DNA from: a phage
Sequence record: PZ445524.1
DNA length: 64,000 bases
Direction: 5' to 3' (one strand)
Position numbers and translations under genes: made by a program. Under the pieces are notes generated by a model, which had not been told where the DNA came from, did not search any database, and saw only the letters and a list, made by a program, of their open reading frames with translations. Below are positions 47,343 through 58,289 of the stretch, piece after piece. Positions within the stretch are counted from its first letter, which is position 1, and every line of letters begins with the position of its first letter.

Positions 47343-47343
<1 letters not shown>

Positions 47344-48068
47344 TATAGTACCTTTAGTGTATTTTTAATTTTAGAAAAAAGTTCTTCAAGAGAACCATCG
47401 TTTGTAATTACTAAATCGCCATCACGAATTGGCAATCCAGCTTCTGTAATATGTGTATCATTGGATTTTTGACCAGGACGAACTACATGAATTACTGTAG
47501 CACCCATCGCCCTAGCCGCATCCATTTCATGATCTTGACGGGTATCAGGAACGATATAATAATCATAACCTGAGTTAAATTTATCAAGATAATCTAAAGC
47601 AAATAATTTTACCCAGTACATGCGGTCGAAGTTATTAACAATCAAATCCGTACCTAGGGCTTGCATCAGACGACGGACTGACCATTGATCTTCAATATTA
47701 TTTATAACGTCAATAATCTTGTTAAATGCTACGGAATTAACTGATTCTTGTCCTTCGTCATCAAAAACAAACACACCTTTAATTGGGCTTTTACCATTAA
47801 GATAGCAAAATGCTTGTTCCATAATCGTGATTACTTCTGATTTAGTCAGATTTAAATTAGTCTCACGATCATAGTCAATTCCTTCAAACTCTTTACGAGT
47901 TAAGCAAGGATAGTCAGTGTTTGCTGCAAATACTCCCCATGCATAAGCCAATGCATCCTTAATAGGACCAGCAAGTTGGTATTTAACTGCAGAATAATTG
48001 CTCATGATAAAATCAGCAGTAGTATCTTTTCCACTACGCTTTACACCGCTTAAAAAGATTAGTTTCAT
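47343..48068 (-). CDS. 1: Deoxynucleoside monophosphate kinase (gp1)
   Basis: ATG at 48066-48068 with GAGGAG SD gives 241 aa; P-loop GVKRSGKDT. Confidence 0.93.
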
Positions 48069-48117
48069 GTGTTTCTCCTCAAATTTAATTAAGATTATAA
48101 CACACAAAACTGAAGCA

Positions 48118-48648
48118 TTAAACTTCTGCTATAATTTTTCCATCTTTTTCTACTTGAAAATAGGTGTAAGGAATCGTTGCTGTACATACTAAAGCCGGGT
48201 CTGAATCTTCCGTATAGCTAAATTCTACTTCAGATAGGTCAGAAACCCAAGGCTTATAAAAATTTATTGACATCACGATTTCAGTTTTGCTATTATCTAA
48301 GATGTAAAGCGTAATGTACTCAGGACCTGTTTTTTGGGCAGTATTTTCACCTGTAAGATAGTTGCTAGTTCCTAGCATCCATTCATACATTCCTATCCAC
48401 GACTTAAGCTCTTCATCAACTATAAATCTCACGATGAGTGGATCATACTCGAATGTAGCACCTGGACGTTGTGCTCGGCCCAGTCCAAACGGCCCAGTCA
48501 CGGTATCAGTAACAGGTATTCTAATTCCTGGAATAGGAACTGACTGAGCATTTAAAGTAAAAGCAGATGTAGTATTACTATGTGGTATTGATACTACAAA
48601 GTTAGTTGTATTTGCTTGGTTAAAAATTTGTTGCAGAGCTTGCGACAT
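48118..48648 (-). CDS. 3: Tail completion/sheath stabiliser gp3
   Basis: ATG at 48646-48648 with GAGG SD gives 176 aa MSQALQQIFNQ... Confidence 0.9.
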   Translation of the reverse strand: MSQALQQIFNQANTTNFVVSIPHSNTTSAFTLNAQSVPIPGIRIPVTDTVTGPFGLGRAQRPGATFEYDPLIVRFIVDEELKSWIGMYEWMLGTSNYLTGENTAQKTGPEYITLYILDNSKTEIVMSINFYKPWVSDLSEVEFSYTEDSDPALVCTATIPYTYFQVEKDGKIIAEV

Positions 48649-48754
48649 ATATTCCTCATAATGCTTTATAATTGTTGGTGGTATAATGGGTCTAAGTCCC
48701 TTCCATTCAATTCCATTTAGAACAAACAACAGAAAAGAATGGAAGATAATAGAA

Positions 48755-49579
48755 TTAAATATTTGACCAGACTTTGTTTGCAGAGAAACGTTTTCCTTTT
48801 GAAACGAACTGCTGAAGTGGCATCAACACAACGTTCGCCCAGTCTTTCGGGGCGATTTCAACAAGGCTACCCATAATATTACCAGGTATATATGCCTTAA
48901 TCATTTGGTCTGCACCCCTAAATCCTTTCACTTGACTCCAATCAATTTTTAATTTCGTTTTATTAGTAATAGTAGGTGTATTTGCATATTGCTTTAAAAG
49001 CTCTTCTAGAAATTGCTGACGAGCTTTAGGTGGAATATAGTGCAAGTTTAATCCGTACATTAAATTATGCTTACCTAAACCAAGGTAAATTATCAAAGGA
49101 AATTTATCCCAGTAAGGAAGAGTTTCCTTGTGTTTAGCATCATAAGCAAAAGCATATATTCGTCCCGGTTGCGGGCGAACAACTTTATGTCCTTTTACTT
49201 GCTTAATAGTTTCAGCAAACCACTTTCTTGTTTTATTATTAATTGCTGCACCTTCATTACGAATTTTATCACGCAATGTTTGTCTGAATGAATTTATCAT
49301 AAGCAGTTGTCTTTCTTGCTTATTGAGTTTATTCATTGGTTTTGATTCAAGCTTTTGAATCTTTTCAGCCGTTTTAATTCCTGAAGCATATTTTGACATT
49401 GCTGAAGTAAACGTAGAGTATTTGATTCCTCTTTCTTCAGCAAATTGCTTTCCTGTCATTCCTTTTGCTTTGGCCTTTTTATATTCAAGACCTATCTGAA
49501 TCCATTTCTTTTCGTTTAATGATTGCTTAACCTTTGGAACTTGGGGAGTGCTTTCATTAATTATTTGAAAAATAGCCAT
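48755..49579 (-). CDS. 2: DNA end-protector protein gp2
   Basis: 274-aa basic protein in the T4 gene 2 position. Confidence 0.9.
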
Positions 49580-50031
49580 TATGCCCCCTTAAAGCCAAGA
49601 GCTCGTAATCCATCTTCTGTTAGAATTCTAAATTTTATTCCACGCTTTTCAGCTAAAGATTGTGCTGCTTTCCATTTGTCGGTATTAACAGAATATGTAT
49701 AAATTTCATTCATAAATCTTTTTTTCGCTGCGGTTGTTAGATGTGCTGGTTTAACTGGTGGTTGTGTTTCTTTTTTAGGTTTTATTTCAATAAAAAATTC
49801 TTGCCCAGAAGAATCTTTCATCCAAATATCCATGAAGTATCTACGTTTTTTCCCTTCTGCATTACAAAAATAAGGAATTACTGCTGTTTCACTACCCCAT
49901 GCAATAATTTCTGGATTTTTATCTAACCATTCAAAAAAGAATTTTTCCCAATTTGATCTATACGTAATTTTTTTAGGGTCACCTCTATACTTTGATATAT
50001 TTTTAGGAACCCATTTTCCAGAATATGCCAT
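49579..50031 (-). CDS. 4: Head completion protein gp4
   Basis: 150-aa ORF; stop overlaps gene 2 start. Confidence 0.9.
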
Positions 50032-50042
50032 TGGATTCTCCT

Positions 50043-50050
50043 TATAAATA
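50043..50050 (+). promoter_or_regulatory. T4 late promoter TATAAATA for gene 53
   Basis: Exact TATAAATA about 29 nt upstream of the gene 53 ATG. Confidence 0.7.
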
Positions 50051-50057
50051 GATAATA

Positions 50058-50065
50058 TATTTATA
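50058..50065 (-). promoter_or_regulatory. T4 late promoter TATAAATA (minus strand) for gene 4
   Basis: Plus strand TATTTATA is the reverse complement of TATAAATA, about 27 nt upstream of the gene 4 ATG. Confidence 0.65.
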
Positions 50066-50078
50066 AACAGGAGGGCCC

Positions 50079-50669
50079 ATGCTCTTTACATTTTTTGATC
50101 CGATTGAATATGCGGCCAAAACGGTGAATAAAAACGCGCCGACTATTCCTATGACAGATATTTTTAGAAACTATAAAGACTATTTTAAACGCGCTCTTGC
50201 GGGATACCGCTTACGTACTTATTATATCAAAGGTTCACCACGCCCGGAAGAATTAGCAAATGCTATATACGGAAATCCACAGCTGTATTGGGTTTTATTG
50301 ATGTGTAATGATAATTATGACCCGTATTATGGATGGATTACTTCACAAGAAGCTGCTTATCAGGCATCTATACAAAAATACAAAAATGTAGGTGGAGACC
50401 AAATAGTATATCATGTGAATGAGAACGGTGAAAAATTTTATAATTTAATATCATACGATGATAATCCATATGTTTGGTATGATAAAGGCGATAAAGCTAG
50501 AAAATATCCTCAATACGAAGGAGCACTTGCTGCGGTCGATACGTATGAAGCTGCTGTTCTTGAAAATGAAAAACTTCGTCAAATAAAAATAATAGCAAAA
50601 TCAGACATCAATTCATTTATGAACGACCTTATACGTATAATGGAGAAATCTTATGGAAATGATAAGTAA
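50079..50669 (+). CDS. 53: Baseplate wedge protein gp53
   Basis: 196-aa ORF, same length and position as T4 gp53. Confidence 0.92.
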   Translation: MLFTFFDPIEYAAKTVNKNAPTIPMTDIFRNYKDYFKRALAGYRLRTYYIKGSPRPEELANAIYGNPQLYWVLLMCNDNYDPYYGWITSQEAAYQASIQKYKNVGGDQIVYHVNENGEKFYNLISYDDNPYVWYDKGDKARKYPQYEGALAAVDTYEAAVLENEKLRQIKIIAKSDINSFMNDLIRIMEKSYGNDK

Positions 50670-52380
50670 TAACCTTAATTGGTTTGTTGGTGTTGTTGAA
50701 GATAGAATGGACCCATTAAAATTAGGTCGTGTTCGTGTTCGTGTGGTTGGTCTGCATCCACCTCAAAGAGCACAAGGTGATGTAATGGGTATTCCAACTG
50801 AAAAATTACCATGGATGTCAGTTATTCAACCTATAACTTCTGCAGCAATGTCAGGAATTGGAGGTTCTGTTACAGGGCCAGTAGAAGGAACTAGAGTTTA
50901 TGGTCATTTTTTAGACAAATGGAAAACTAACGGAATTGTCCTTGGTACGTATGGTGGAATAGTTCGCGAAAAACCGAATAGACTTGAAGGATTTTCTGAC
51001 CCAACTGGGCAGTATCCTAGACGTTTAGGAAATGATACTAACGTACTAAACCAAGGCGGAGAAGTAGGATATGATTCGTCTTCTAACGTTATCCAAGATA
51101 GTAACTTAGACACTGCAATAAATCCCGATGATAGACCACTATCAGAAATTCCAACTGATGATAATCCAAATATGTCAATGGCTGAAATGCTTCGCCGTGA
51201 TGAAGGATTAAGACTAAAAGTTTATTGGGATACTGAAGGATATCCGACAATTGGTATTGGTCATCTTATCATGAAGCAGCCAGTTCGTGATATGGCTCAA
51301 ATTAATAAAGTTTTATCAAAACAAGTTGGTCGTGAAATTACTGGAAACCCAGGTTCTATTACAATGAAAGAAGCGACGACTTTATTTGAACGTGATTTGG
51401 CTGATATGCAACGGGACATTAAATCACATTCTAAAGTAGGACCAGTCTGGAAAGCTGTCAACCGTTCTCGTCAAATGGCGTTAGAAAATATGGCATTTCA
51501 GATGGGTGTTGGTGGTGTAGCTAAATTTAACACAATGTTAACTGCTATGTTAGCAGGAGATTGGGAAAAAGCATATAAAGCCGGTCGTGATTCATTGTGG
51601 TATCAACAAACAAAAGGCCGTGCATCCCGTGTTACCATGATTATTCTTACGGGGAATTTGGAATCATATGGTGTTGAAGTGAAAACACCAGCTAGGTCTT
51701 TATCTGCAATGGCTGCTACTGTAGCTAAATCTTCTGACCCTGCTGACCCTCCTATTCCAAATGACTCGAGAATTTTATTCAAAGAACCAGTTTCTTCATA
51801 TAAAGGTGAATATCCTTATGTGCATACAATGGAAACTGAAAGCGGACATATTCAGGAATTTGATGATACCCCTGGGCAAGAACGATACAGATTAGTTCAT
51901 CCAACTGGAACTTATGAAGAAGTATCACCGTCAGGAAGAAGAACAAGAAAAACTGTTGATAATTTGTATGATATAACCAACGCTGATGGTAATTTTTTGG
52001 TAGCCGGTGATAAAAAGACTAACGTCGGTGGATCAGAAATTTATTATAACATGGATAATCGTCTTCATCAAATAGATGGAAGTAATACAATATTTGTACG
52101 TGGCGATGAAACTAAGACAGTTGAAGGTAATGGAACTATCCTAGTCAAAGGTAATGTTACTATTGTAGTTGAAGGCAATGCTGACATTACAGTTAAAGGA
52201 GATGCTACCACTTTAGTTGAAGGAAATCAAACTAATACAGTAAATGGAAACCTTTCTTGGAAAGTTGCCGGGACAGTTGATTGGGACGTTGGTGGTGATT
52301 GGACAGAAAAAATGGCATCTATGAGTTCTATTTCATCTGGTCAATACACAATTGATGGATCGAGGATTGACATTGGCTAA
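50653..52380 (+). CDS. 5: Baseplate hub spike and tail lysozyme gp5
   Basis: 575 aa; lysozyme domain (MAEMLRRDEGLRLKVYWDTEGYPTIGIGHL) and C-terminal VxGxxxxx beta-helix repeats. Confidence 0.97.
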   Translation: MEMISNNLNWFVGVVEDRMDPLKLGRVRVRVVGLHPPQRAQGDVMGIPTEKLPWMSVIQPITSAAMSGIGGSVTGPVEGTRVYGHFLDKWKTNGIVLGTYGGIVREKPNRLEGFSDPTGQYPRRLGNDTNVLNQGGEVGYDSSSNVIQDSNLDTAINPDDRPLSEIPTDDNPNMSMAEMLRRDEGLRLKVYWDTEGYPTIGIGHLIMKQPVRDMAQINKVLSKQVGREITGNPGSITMKEATTLFERDLADMQRDIKSHSKVGPVWKAVNRSRQMALENMAFQMGVGGVAKFNTMLTAMLAGDWEKAYKAGRDSLWYQQTKGRASRVTMIILTGNLESYGVEVKTPARSLSAMAATVAKSSDPADPPIPNDSRILFKEPVSSYKGEYPYVHTMETESGHIQEFDDTPGQERYRLVHPTGTYEEVSPSGRRTRKTVDNLYDITNADGNFLVAGDKKTNVGGSEIYYNMDNRLHQIDGSNTIFVRGDETKTVEGNGTILVKGNVTIVVEGNADITVKGDATTLVEGNQTNTVNGNLSWKVAGTVDWDVGGDWTEKMASMSSISSGQYTIDGSRIDIG

Positions 52381-52414
52381 TATACTTCCAATGAGCGCTG
52401 ATTTAGGAGAATCC

Positions 52415-52909
52415 ATGGAAGGTTCTTCTATCGACGTCACCTTTACCGCTCAATTAGAAACAGGTGAAACGTTAGTATCTATAAATATAACTAGTTACGA
52501 AGAAACTCCTGGGGTTTTAGTAGAAGAAAATCGCTTATATGGAACATATGAATCTGTGTTTGGATTTGGAAATGACGCGTTGAAATATCGACTAGGCGAT
52601 GAATTTAAAACTGCTGCTTCATGGGAAGAACTTCCTACTGATTCTGACACTCAGTTGTATTTGTGGAAAGCTCCTCAGAATCTCCAGAAGACATTCACTT
52701 ACGAAGTAACATTAATATATGACTACCAAGAACAAAGTGAATCTGGGGGTTCTGGCAGTAATTCTAGGTCATCTTCTGATACTACTGAACCGACAGATCC
52801 TCCTGCTCCAGTAAGAAAAACTCTCGTTAAAAATTATACTAAAACTATAGTTGGAAATTGGAGTCGTTGGGCTAATAAACTGAGAAGCTATGTGTATGAG
52901 AGGCCATAA
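52415..52909 (+). CDS. 5.1: Baseplate-associated protein gp5.1
   Basis: ATG at 52415 with AGGAG SD; track ORF begins at 52352 inside gene 5. Confidence 0.7.
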
Positions 52910-53203
52910 ATGTCAGGATTAAGTTATGATAAGTGTGTTACTGCTGGCCATGAAGCGTGGCCTCCAACAGTTGTGAATGCTACACAAAGTAAAGTATTCA
53001 CTGGAGGAATTGCTGTTCTAGTAGCAGGCGATCCAATTACAGAACATACAGAAATTAAAAAGCCATATGAAACACATGGCGGAGTGACACAACCCAGAAC
53101 TTCTAAGGTATATGTCACTGGAAAGAAAGCTGTTCAAATGGCTGATCCAATATCATGTGGTGATACTGTGGCTCAGGCATCATCTAAAGTATTCATTAAA
53201 TAG
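52910..53203 (+). CDS. 5.4: PAAR-repeat spike-tip protein gp5.4
   Basis: 97-aa ORF immediately after 5.1, same length and position as T4 gp5.4. Confidence 0.85.
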
Positions 53204-53211
53204 GATTTAAA

Positions 53212-55194
53212 ATGGCAAATACCCCTGTAAATTATCAATTAACAAGAACAGCAAATGCTATTCCCGAGATATTCGTCGGGGGTACGTTTGCTGAAATAAA
53301 ACAAAACCTCATTGAATGGCTTAATGGCCAAAATGAATTTTTGGATTATGATTTTGAAGGCTCAAGATTAAACGTTCTGTGTGACCTTTTGGCTTATAAT
53401 ACACTGTACATTCAGCAGTTTGGTAATGCTGCTGTGTATGAAAGCTTTATGCGTACTGCTAACTTACGAAGTTCAGTTGTTCAAGCTGCACAAGATAACG
53501 GATATTTACCTACTTCAAAATCCGCTGCGCAGACCGAAATTATGTTAACATGCACTGACGCATTGAATAGGAATTACATTACTATTCCTCGCGGAACTCG
53601 CTTTTTAGCATATGCAAAAGATACTTCTGTTAATCCATATAACTTCGTTTCTACCGAAGACGTTATTGCTATTCGTGATAAAAATAACCAATATTTTCCG
53701 CGTTTAAAATTGGCCCAGGGGCGTATAGTAAGAACTGAAATCATTTATGATAAATTAACACCTATTATCATTTATGATAAAAATATTGATAGAAACCAGG
53801 TTAAATTATATGTTGATGGAGCGGAATGGATTAACTGGACGAGAAAGTCAATGGTTCATGCTGGTTCAACATCAACGATTTACTATATGCGTGAAACTAT
53901 TGATGGAAACACTGAATTCTATTTTGGTGAAGGTGAAATTTCTGTTAATGCTTCTGAAGGAGCTTTGACCGCTAATTATATCGGAGGTCTTAAACCTACT
54001 CAGAACTCTACGATTGTTATTGAGTACATCAGTACTAATGGCGCTGACGCGAACGGAGCAGTCGGATTTTCATACGCAGATACATTAACAAATATAACTG
54101 TCATCAATATTAATGAAAATCCAAACGATGACCCAGATTTTGTTGGGGCAGATGGAGGCGGTGATCCAGAAGATATTGAGCGTATTCGCGAATTGGGTAC
54201 TATTAAACGCGAAACCCAACAACGATGCGTAACTGCGACTGACTATGATACATTCGTTTCAGAGAGATTTGGTTCTATTATTCAGGCAGTTCAAACTTTC
54301 ACTGATTCTACTAAACCTGGGTATGCATTTATTGCTGCTAAACCTAAATCAGGATTGTATTTAACTACTGTGCAACGTGAAGATATTAAAAATTATCTCA
54401 AAGACTATAATTTAGCTCCTATTACGCCATCAATTATTTCTCCTAATTATCTTTTTATTAAGACTAATTTAAAAGTCACATATGCTTTAAATAAGCTGCA
54501 AGAATCCGAACAGTGGCTCGAAGGTCAAATAATTGATAAAATTGATCGTTATTATACCGAAGATGTAGAAATTTTTAACTCGTCTTTCGCCAAGTCTAAG
54601 ATGTTGACATATGTAGATGATGCAGATCATTCTATCATTGGTTCATCAGCGACAATTCAAATTGTTCGTGAAGTACAAAACTTCTATAAAACACCTGAAG
54701 CAGGTATTAAATACAATAATCAAATAAAAGATCGTTCTATGGAATCTAATACGTTTTCATTTAATTCTGGACGAAAGGTTGTAAATCCTGATACTGGTTT
54801 AGAAGAAGATGTATTATATGACGTTCGCATAGTATCAACAGACCGAGATTCTAAAGGAATTGGTAAAGTTATTATTGGTCCATTTGCTTCTGGCGATGTT
54901 ACAGAAAATGAAAACATTCAGCCGTATACAGGCAACGATTTTAACAAATTAGCAAATTCTGATGGACGCGACAAATACTATGTTATCGGTGAAATAAATT
55001 ATCCAGCTGATGTGATTTATTGGAATATCGCTAAAATTAATTTAACATCTGAAAAATTTGAAGTTCAAACTATTGAATTATATTCTGACCCAACCGATGA
55101 TGTTATCTTTACTCGCGATGGTTCACTGATTGTATTTGAAAATGACTTACGTCCACAATACTTAACTATCGATTTGGAGCCTATATCACAATGA
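53212..55194 (+). CDS. 6: Baseplate wedge protein gp6
   Basis: 660-aa ORF, T4 gp6 length and position. Confidence 0.95.
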   Translation: MANTPVNYQLTRTANAIPEIFVGGTFAEIKQNLIEWLNGQNEFLDYDFEGSRLNVLCDLLAYNTLYIQQFGNAAVYESFMRTANLRSSVVQAAQDNGYLPTSKSAAQTEIMLTCTDALNRNYITIPRGTRFLAYAKDTSVNPYNFVSTEDVIAIRDKNNQYFPRLKLAQGRIVRTEIIYDKLTPIIIYDKNIDRNQVKLYVDGAEWINWTRKSMVHAGSTSTIYYMRETIDGNTEFYFGEGEISVNASEGALTANYIGGLKPTQNSTIVIEYISTNGADANGAVGFSYADTLTNITVININENPNDDPDFVGADGGGDPEDIERIRELGTIKRETQQRCVTATDYDTFVSERFGSIIQAVQTFTDSTKPGYAFIAAKPKSGLYLTTVQREDIKNYLKDYNLAPITPSIISPNYLFIKTNLKVTYALNKLQESEQWLEGQIIDKIDRYYTEDVEIFNSSFAKSKMLTYVDDADHSIIGSSATIQIVREVQNFYKTPEAGIKYNNQIKDRSMESNTFSFNSGRKVVNPDTGLEEDVLYDVRIVSTDRDSKGIGKVIIGPFASGDVTENENIQPYTGNDFNKLANSDGRDKYYVIGEINYPADVIYWNIAKINLTSEKFEVQTIELYSDPTDDVIFTRDGSLIVFENDLRPQYLTIDLEPISQ

Positions 55195-58100
55195 CAGTAA
55201 AAGCACCTTCAGTCACTAGTCTCAGAATTTCCAAGTTATCCGCAAATCAGGTGCAAGTACGCTGGGATGACGTTGGTGCTAATTTCTACTATTTTGTAGA
55301 AATCGCTGAGACAAAAACAGACTCGGGGGAAAATCTCCCGAGTAATCAATACAAATGGATTAACTTAGGATATACAGCAAATAATAGTTTCTTTTTTGAT
55401 GATGCTGATCCATTAACAACATACATTATTAGAGTAGCCACAGCTGCGCAAGATTTTGAGCAGTCTGATTGGATTTATACCGAAGAGTTTGAAACTTTTG
55501 CTACAAATGCTTATACATTTCAAAACATGATTGAAATGCAATTAGCCAATAAATTCATTCAGGAAAAATTTACTCTTAATAATTCTGATTATGTTAATTT
55601 TAATAATGATACTATAATGGCTGCATTGATGAATGAATCGTTCCAATTCAGCCCATCATATGTTGATGTTTCATCAATAAGTAATTTTATTATTGGTGAA
55701 AATGAGTATCATGAAATACAAGGTTCCATTCAGCAAGTATGTAAGGATATTAATCGAGTTTATTTGATGGAATCAGAAGGGATTCTATATCTTTTTGAGC
55801 GCTATCAGCCTGTAGTTAAAGTATCCAATGATAAAGGACAAACCTGGAAAGCTGTGAAGCTCTTCAATGACCGTGTAGGATATCCTTTATCTAAGACAGT
55901 ATATTACCAATCTGCGAACACAACATACGTTCTAGGATACGACAAGGTCTTCTATGGCCGTAAATCGACTGACGTTAGATGGTCAGCAGATGATGTCAGA
56001 TTCAGTTCACAGGATATAACATTTGCTAAATTAGGAGACCAACTTCATTTAGGATTCGATGTTGAAATCTTCGCTACTTATGCTACTTTACCAGCGAATG
56101 TATACCGTATAGCTGAGGCTATTACTTGCACGGATGATTATATCTATGTTGTTGCCAGAGATAAAGTTAGATACATAAAAACGAGTAATGCACCTATAGA
56201 TTCTGATCCATTATCCCCAACATATTCGGAAAGACTTTTTGAACCTGACACAATGACTATAACCGGAAATCCTAAAGCAGTATGCTATAAAATGGATTCT
56301 GTTGGTGATAAAGTTTTTGCTCTTATTATTGGTGAAGTTGAAACATTAAATGCCAATCCGAGAACATCAAAAATAATTGATTCCGCTGATAAAGGAATAT
56401 ATGTTTTAAACCATGATACGAAAACGTGGAAAAGAGTTTTTGGTAATACTGAAGAAGAAAGAAGACGTATTCAACCCGGATATGCGAATATGTCAACTGA
56501 CGGTAAATTAGTTTCTCTGTCTTCGAGTAATTTTAAATTTTTAAGTGATAATGTTGTTAATGACCCTGAAACTGCAGCAAAATATCAGTTAATTGGTGCT
56601 GTCAAATATGAATTTCCTCGTGAATGGTTAGCTGATAAGCATTATCATATGATGGCATTTATAGCGGATGAAAAATCTGATTGGGAGACTTTTACTCCTC
56701 AACCAATGAAATACTACGCAGAACCGTTCTTTAACTGGTCTAAAAAATCTAACACACGCTGTTGGATAAACAACTCTGATAGAGCTGTAGTAGTTTATGC
56801 GGATTTAAAATACACCAAAGTTATAGAAAATATTCCGGAAACATCACCAGATAGATTAGTACATGAATACTGGGATGATGGCGATTGCACTATAGTAATG
56901 CCAAATGTTAAATTCACTGGATTTAAAAAATACGCATCAGGAATGCTTTTCTATAAAGCCTCCGGTGAAATAATTTCTTACTATGATTTTAACTATCGTG
57001 TGAGAGATACAGTAGAAATTATTTGGAAGCCAACTGAAGTATTTTTAAAAGCATTTTTACAAAACCAAGAGCATGAGACTCCTTGGTCACCAGAAGAAGA
57101 GCGTGGATTAGCTGACCCCGATTTAAGGCCATTAATTGGCACAATGATGCCTGATTCTTATTTGTTACAGGATTCGAATTTTGAGGCATTTTGCGAAGCA
57201 TATATTCAATATCTTTCTGATGGATATGGAACTCAGTATAACAATTTACGAAATTTAATTCGTAATCAGTATCCTAGAGAAGAGCATGCATGGGAATATT
57301 TGTGGTCAGAGATATATAAAAGAAACATTTATTTAAATGCTGATAAACGCGATGCTGTTGCGAGATTCTTTGAATCACGTAGCTATGATTTTTATTCTAC
57401 TAAAGGAATTGAAGCATCATACAAGTTTCTTTTTAAAGTTCTTTATAATGAAGAAGTTGAAATTGAAATTGAATCTGGGGCTGGTACTGAATATGACATA
57501 ATCGTTCAATCTGATTCTTTGACTGAAGATTTAGTAGGACAAACGATTTATACGGCAACAGGAAGATGTAATGTTACTTATATAGAAAGAAGCTATTCTA
57601 ATGGTAAATTGCAATGGACCGTAACTATTCATAATCTTTTGGGAAGATTAATTGCTGGTCAAGAAGTTAAAGCAGAAAGACTCCCTAGTTTTGAAGGCGA
57701 AATTATTCGTGGCGTTAAAGGAAAGGATTTGCTTCAAAACAATATAGACTATATTAATAGAAGTAGATCATACTATGTAATGAAAATTAAATCCAATTTA
57801 CCTTCTTCCCGCTGGAAATCTGACGTTATTCGTTTTGTTCATCCAGTAGGATTTGGATTTATAGCAATTACCCTTTTAACAATGTTTATTAATGTTGGTT
57901 TAACTCTTAAACATACAGAGACTATAATTAATAAATACAAAAACTATAAATGGGATTCTGGATTGCCTACTGAATATGCCGACAGAATAGCTAAATTAAC
58001 TCCAACCGGTGAAATTGAGCATGATTCAGTAACAGGCGAAGCAATTTATGAGCCTGGCCCAATGGCTGGTGTAAAATATCCTCTTCCTGATGACTATAAT

Positions 58101-58289
58101 GCTGAAAATAATAATTCAATATTTCAAGGTCAATTGCCGTCTGAACGACGTAAATTAATGAGTCCTTTATTTGATGCATCTGGAACAACATTTGCGCAAT
58201 TTAGAGATTTAGTTGATAAACGTCTAAAAGATAATATAGGAAATCCAAGAGACCCTGAAAATCCAACACAGGTTAAAATAGATGAATGA
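55191..58289 (+). CDS. 7: Baseplate wedge protein gp7
   Basis: 1032-aa ORF, T4 gp7 length and position. Confidence 0.95.
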   Translation: MTVKAPSVTSLRISKLSANQVQVRWDDVGANFYYFVEIAETKTDSGENLPSNQYKWINLGYTANNSFFFDDADPLTTYIIRVATAAQDFEQSDWIYTEEFETFATNAYTFQNMIEMQLANKFIQEKFTLNNSDYVNFNNDTIMAALMNESFQFSPSYVDVSSISNFIIGENEYHEIQGSIQQVCKDINRVYLMESEGILYLFERYQPVVKVSNDKGQTWKAVKLFNDRVGYPLSKTVYYQSANTTYVLGYDKVFYGRKSTDVRWSADDVRFSSQDITFAKLGDQLHLGFDVEIFATYATLPANVYRIAEAITCTDDYIYVVARDKVRYIKTSNAPIDSDPLSPTYSERLFEPDTMTITGNPKAVCYKMDSVGDKVFALIIGEVETLNANPRTSKIIDSADKGIYVLNHDTKTWKRVFGNTEEERRRIQPGYANMSTDGKLVSLSSSNFKFLSDNVVNDPETAAKYQLIGAVKYEFPREWLADKHYHMMAFIADEKSDWETFTPQPMKYYAEPFFNWSKKSNTRCWINNSDRAVVVYADLKYTKVIENIPETSPDRLVHEYWDDGDCTIVMPNVKFTGFKKYASGMLFYKASGEIISYYDFNYRVRDTVEIIWKPTEVFLKAFLQNQEHETPWSPEEERGLADPDLRPLIGTMMPDSYLLQDSNFEAFCEAYIQYLSDGYGTQYNNLRNLIRNQYPREEHAWEYLWSEIYKRNIYLNADKRDAVARFFESRSYDFYSTKGIEASYKFLFKVLYNEEVEIEIESGAGTEYDIIVQSDSLTEDLVGQTIYTATGRCNVTYIERSYSNGKLQWTVTIHNLLGRLIAGQEVKAERLPSFEGEIIRGVKGKDLLQNNIDYINRSRSYYVMKIKSNLPSSRWKSDVIRFVHPVGFGFIAITLLTMFINVGLTLKHTETIINKYKNYKWDSGLPTEYADRIAKLTPTGEIEHDSVTGEAIYEPGPMAGVKYPLPDDYNAENNNSIFQGQLPSERRKLMSPLFDASGTTFAQFRDLVDKRLKDNIGNPRDPENPTQVKIDE

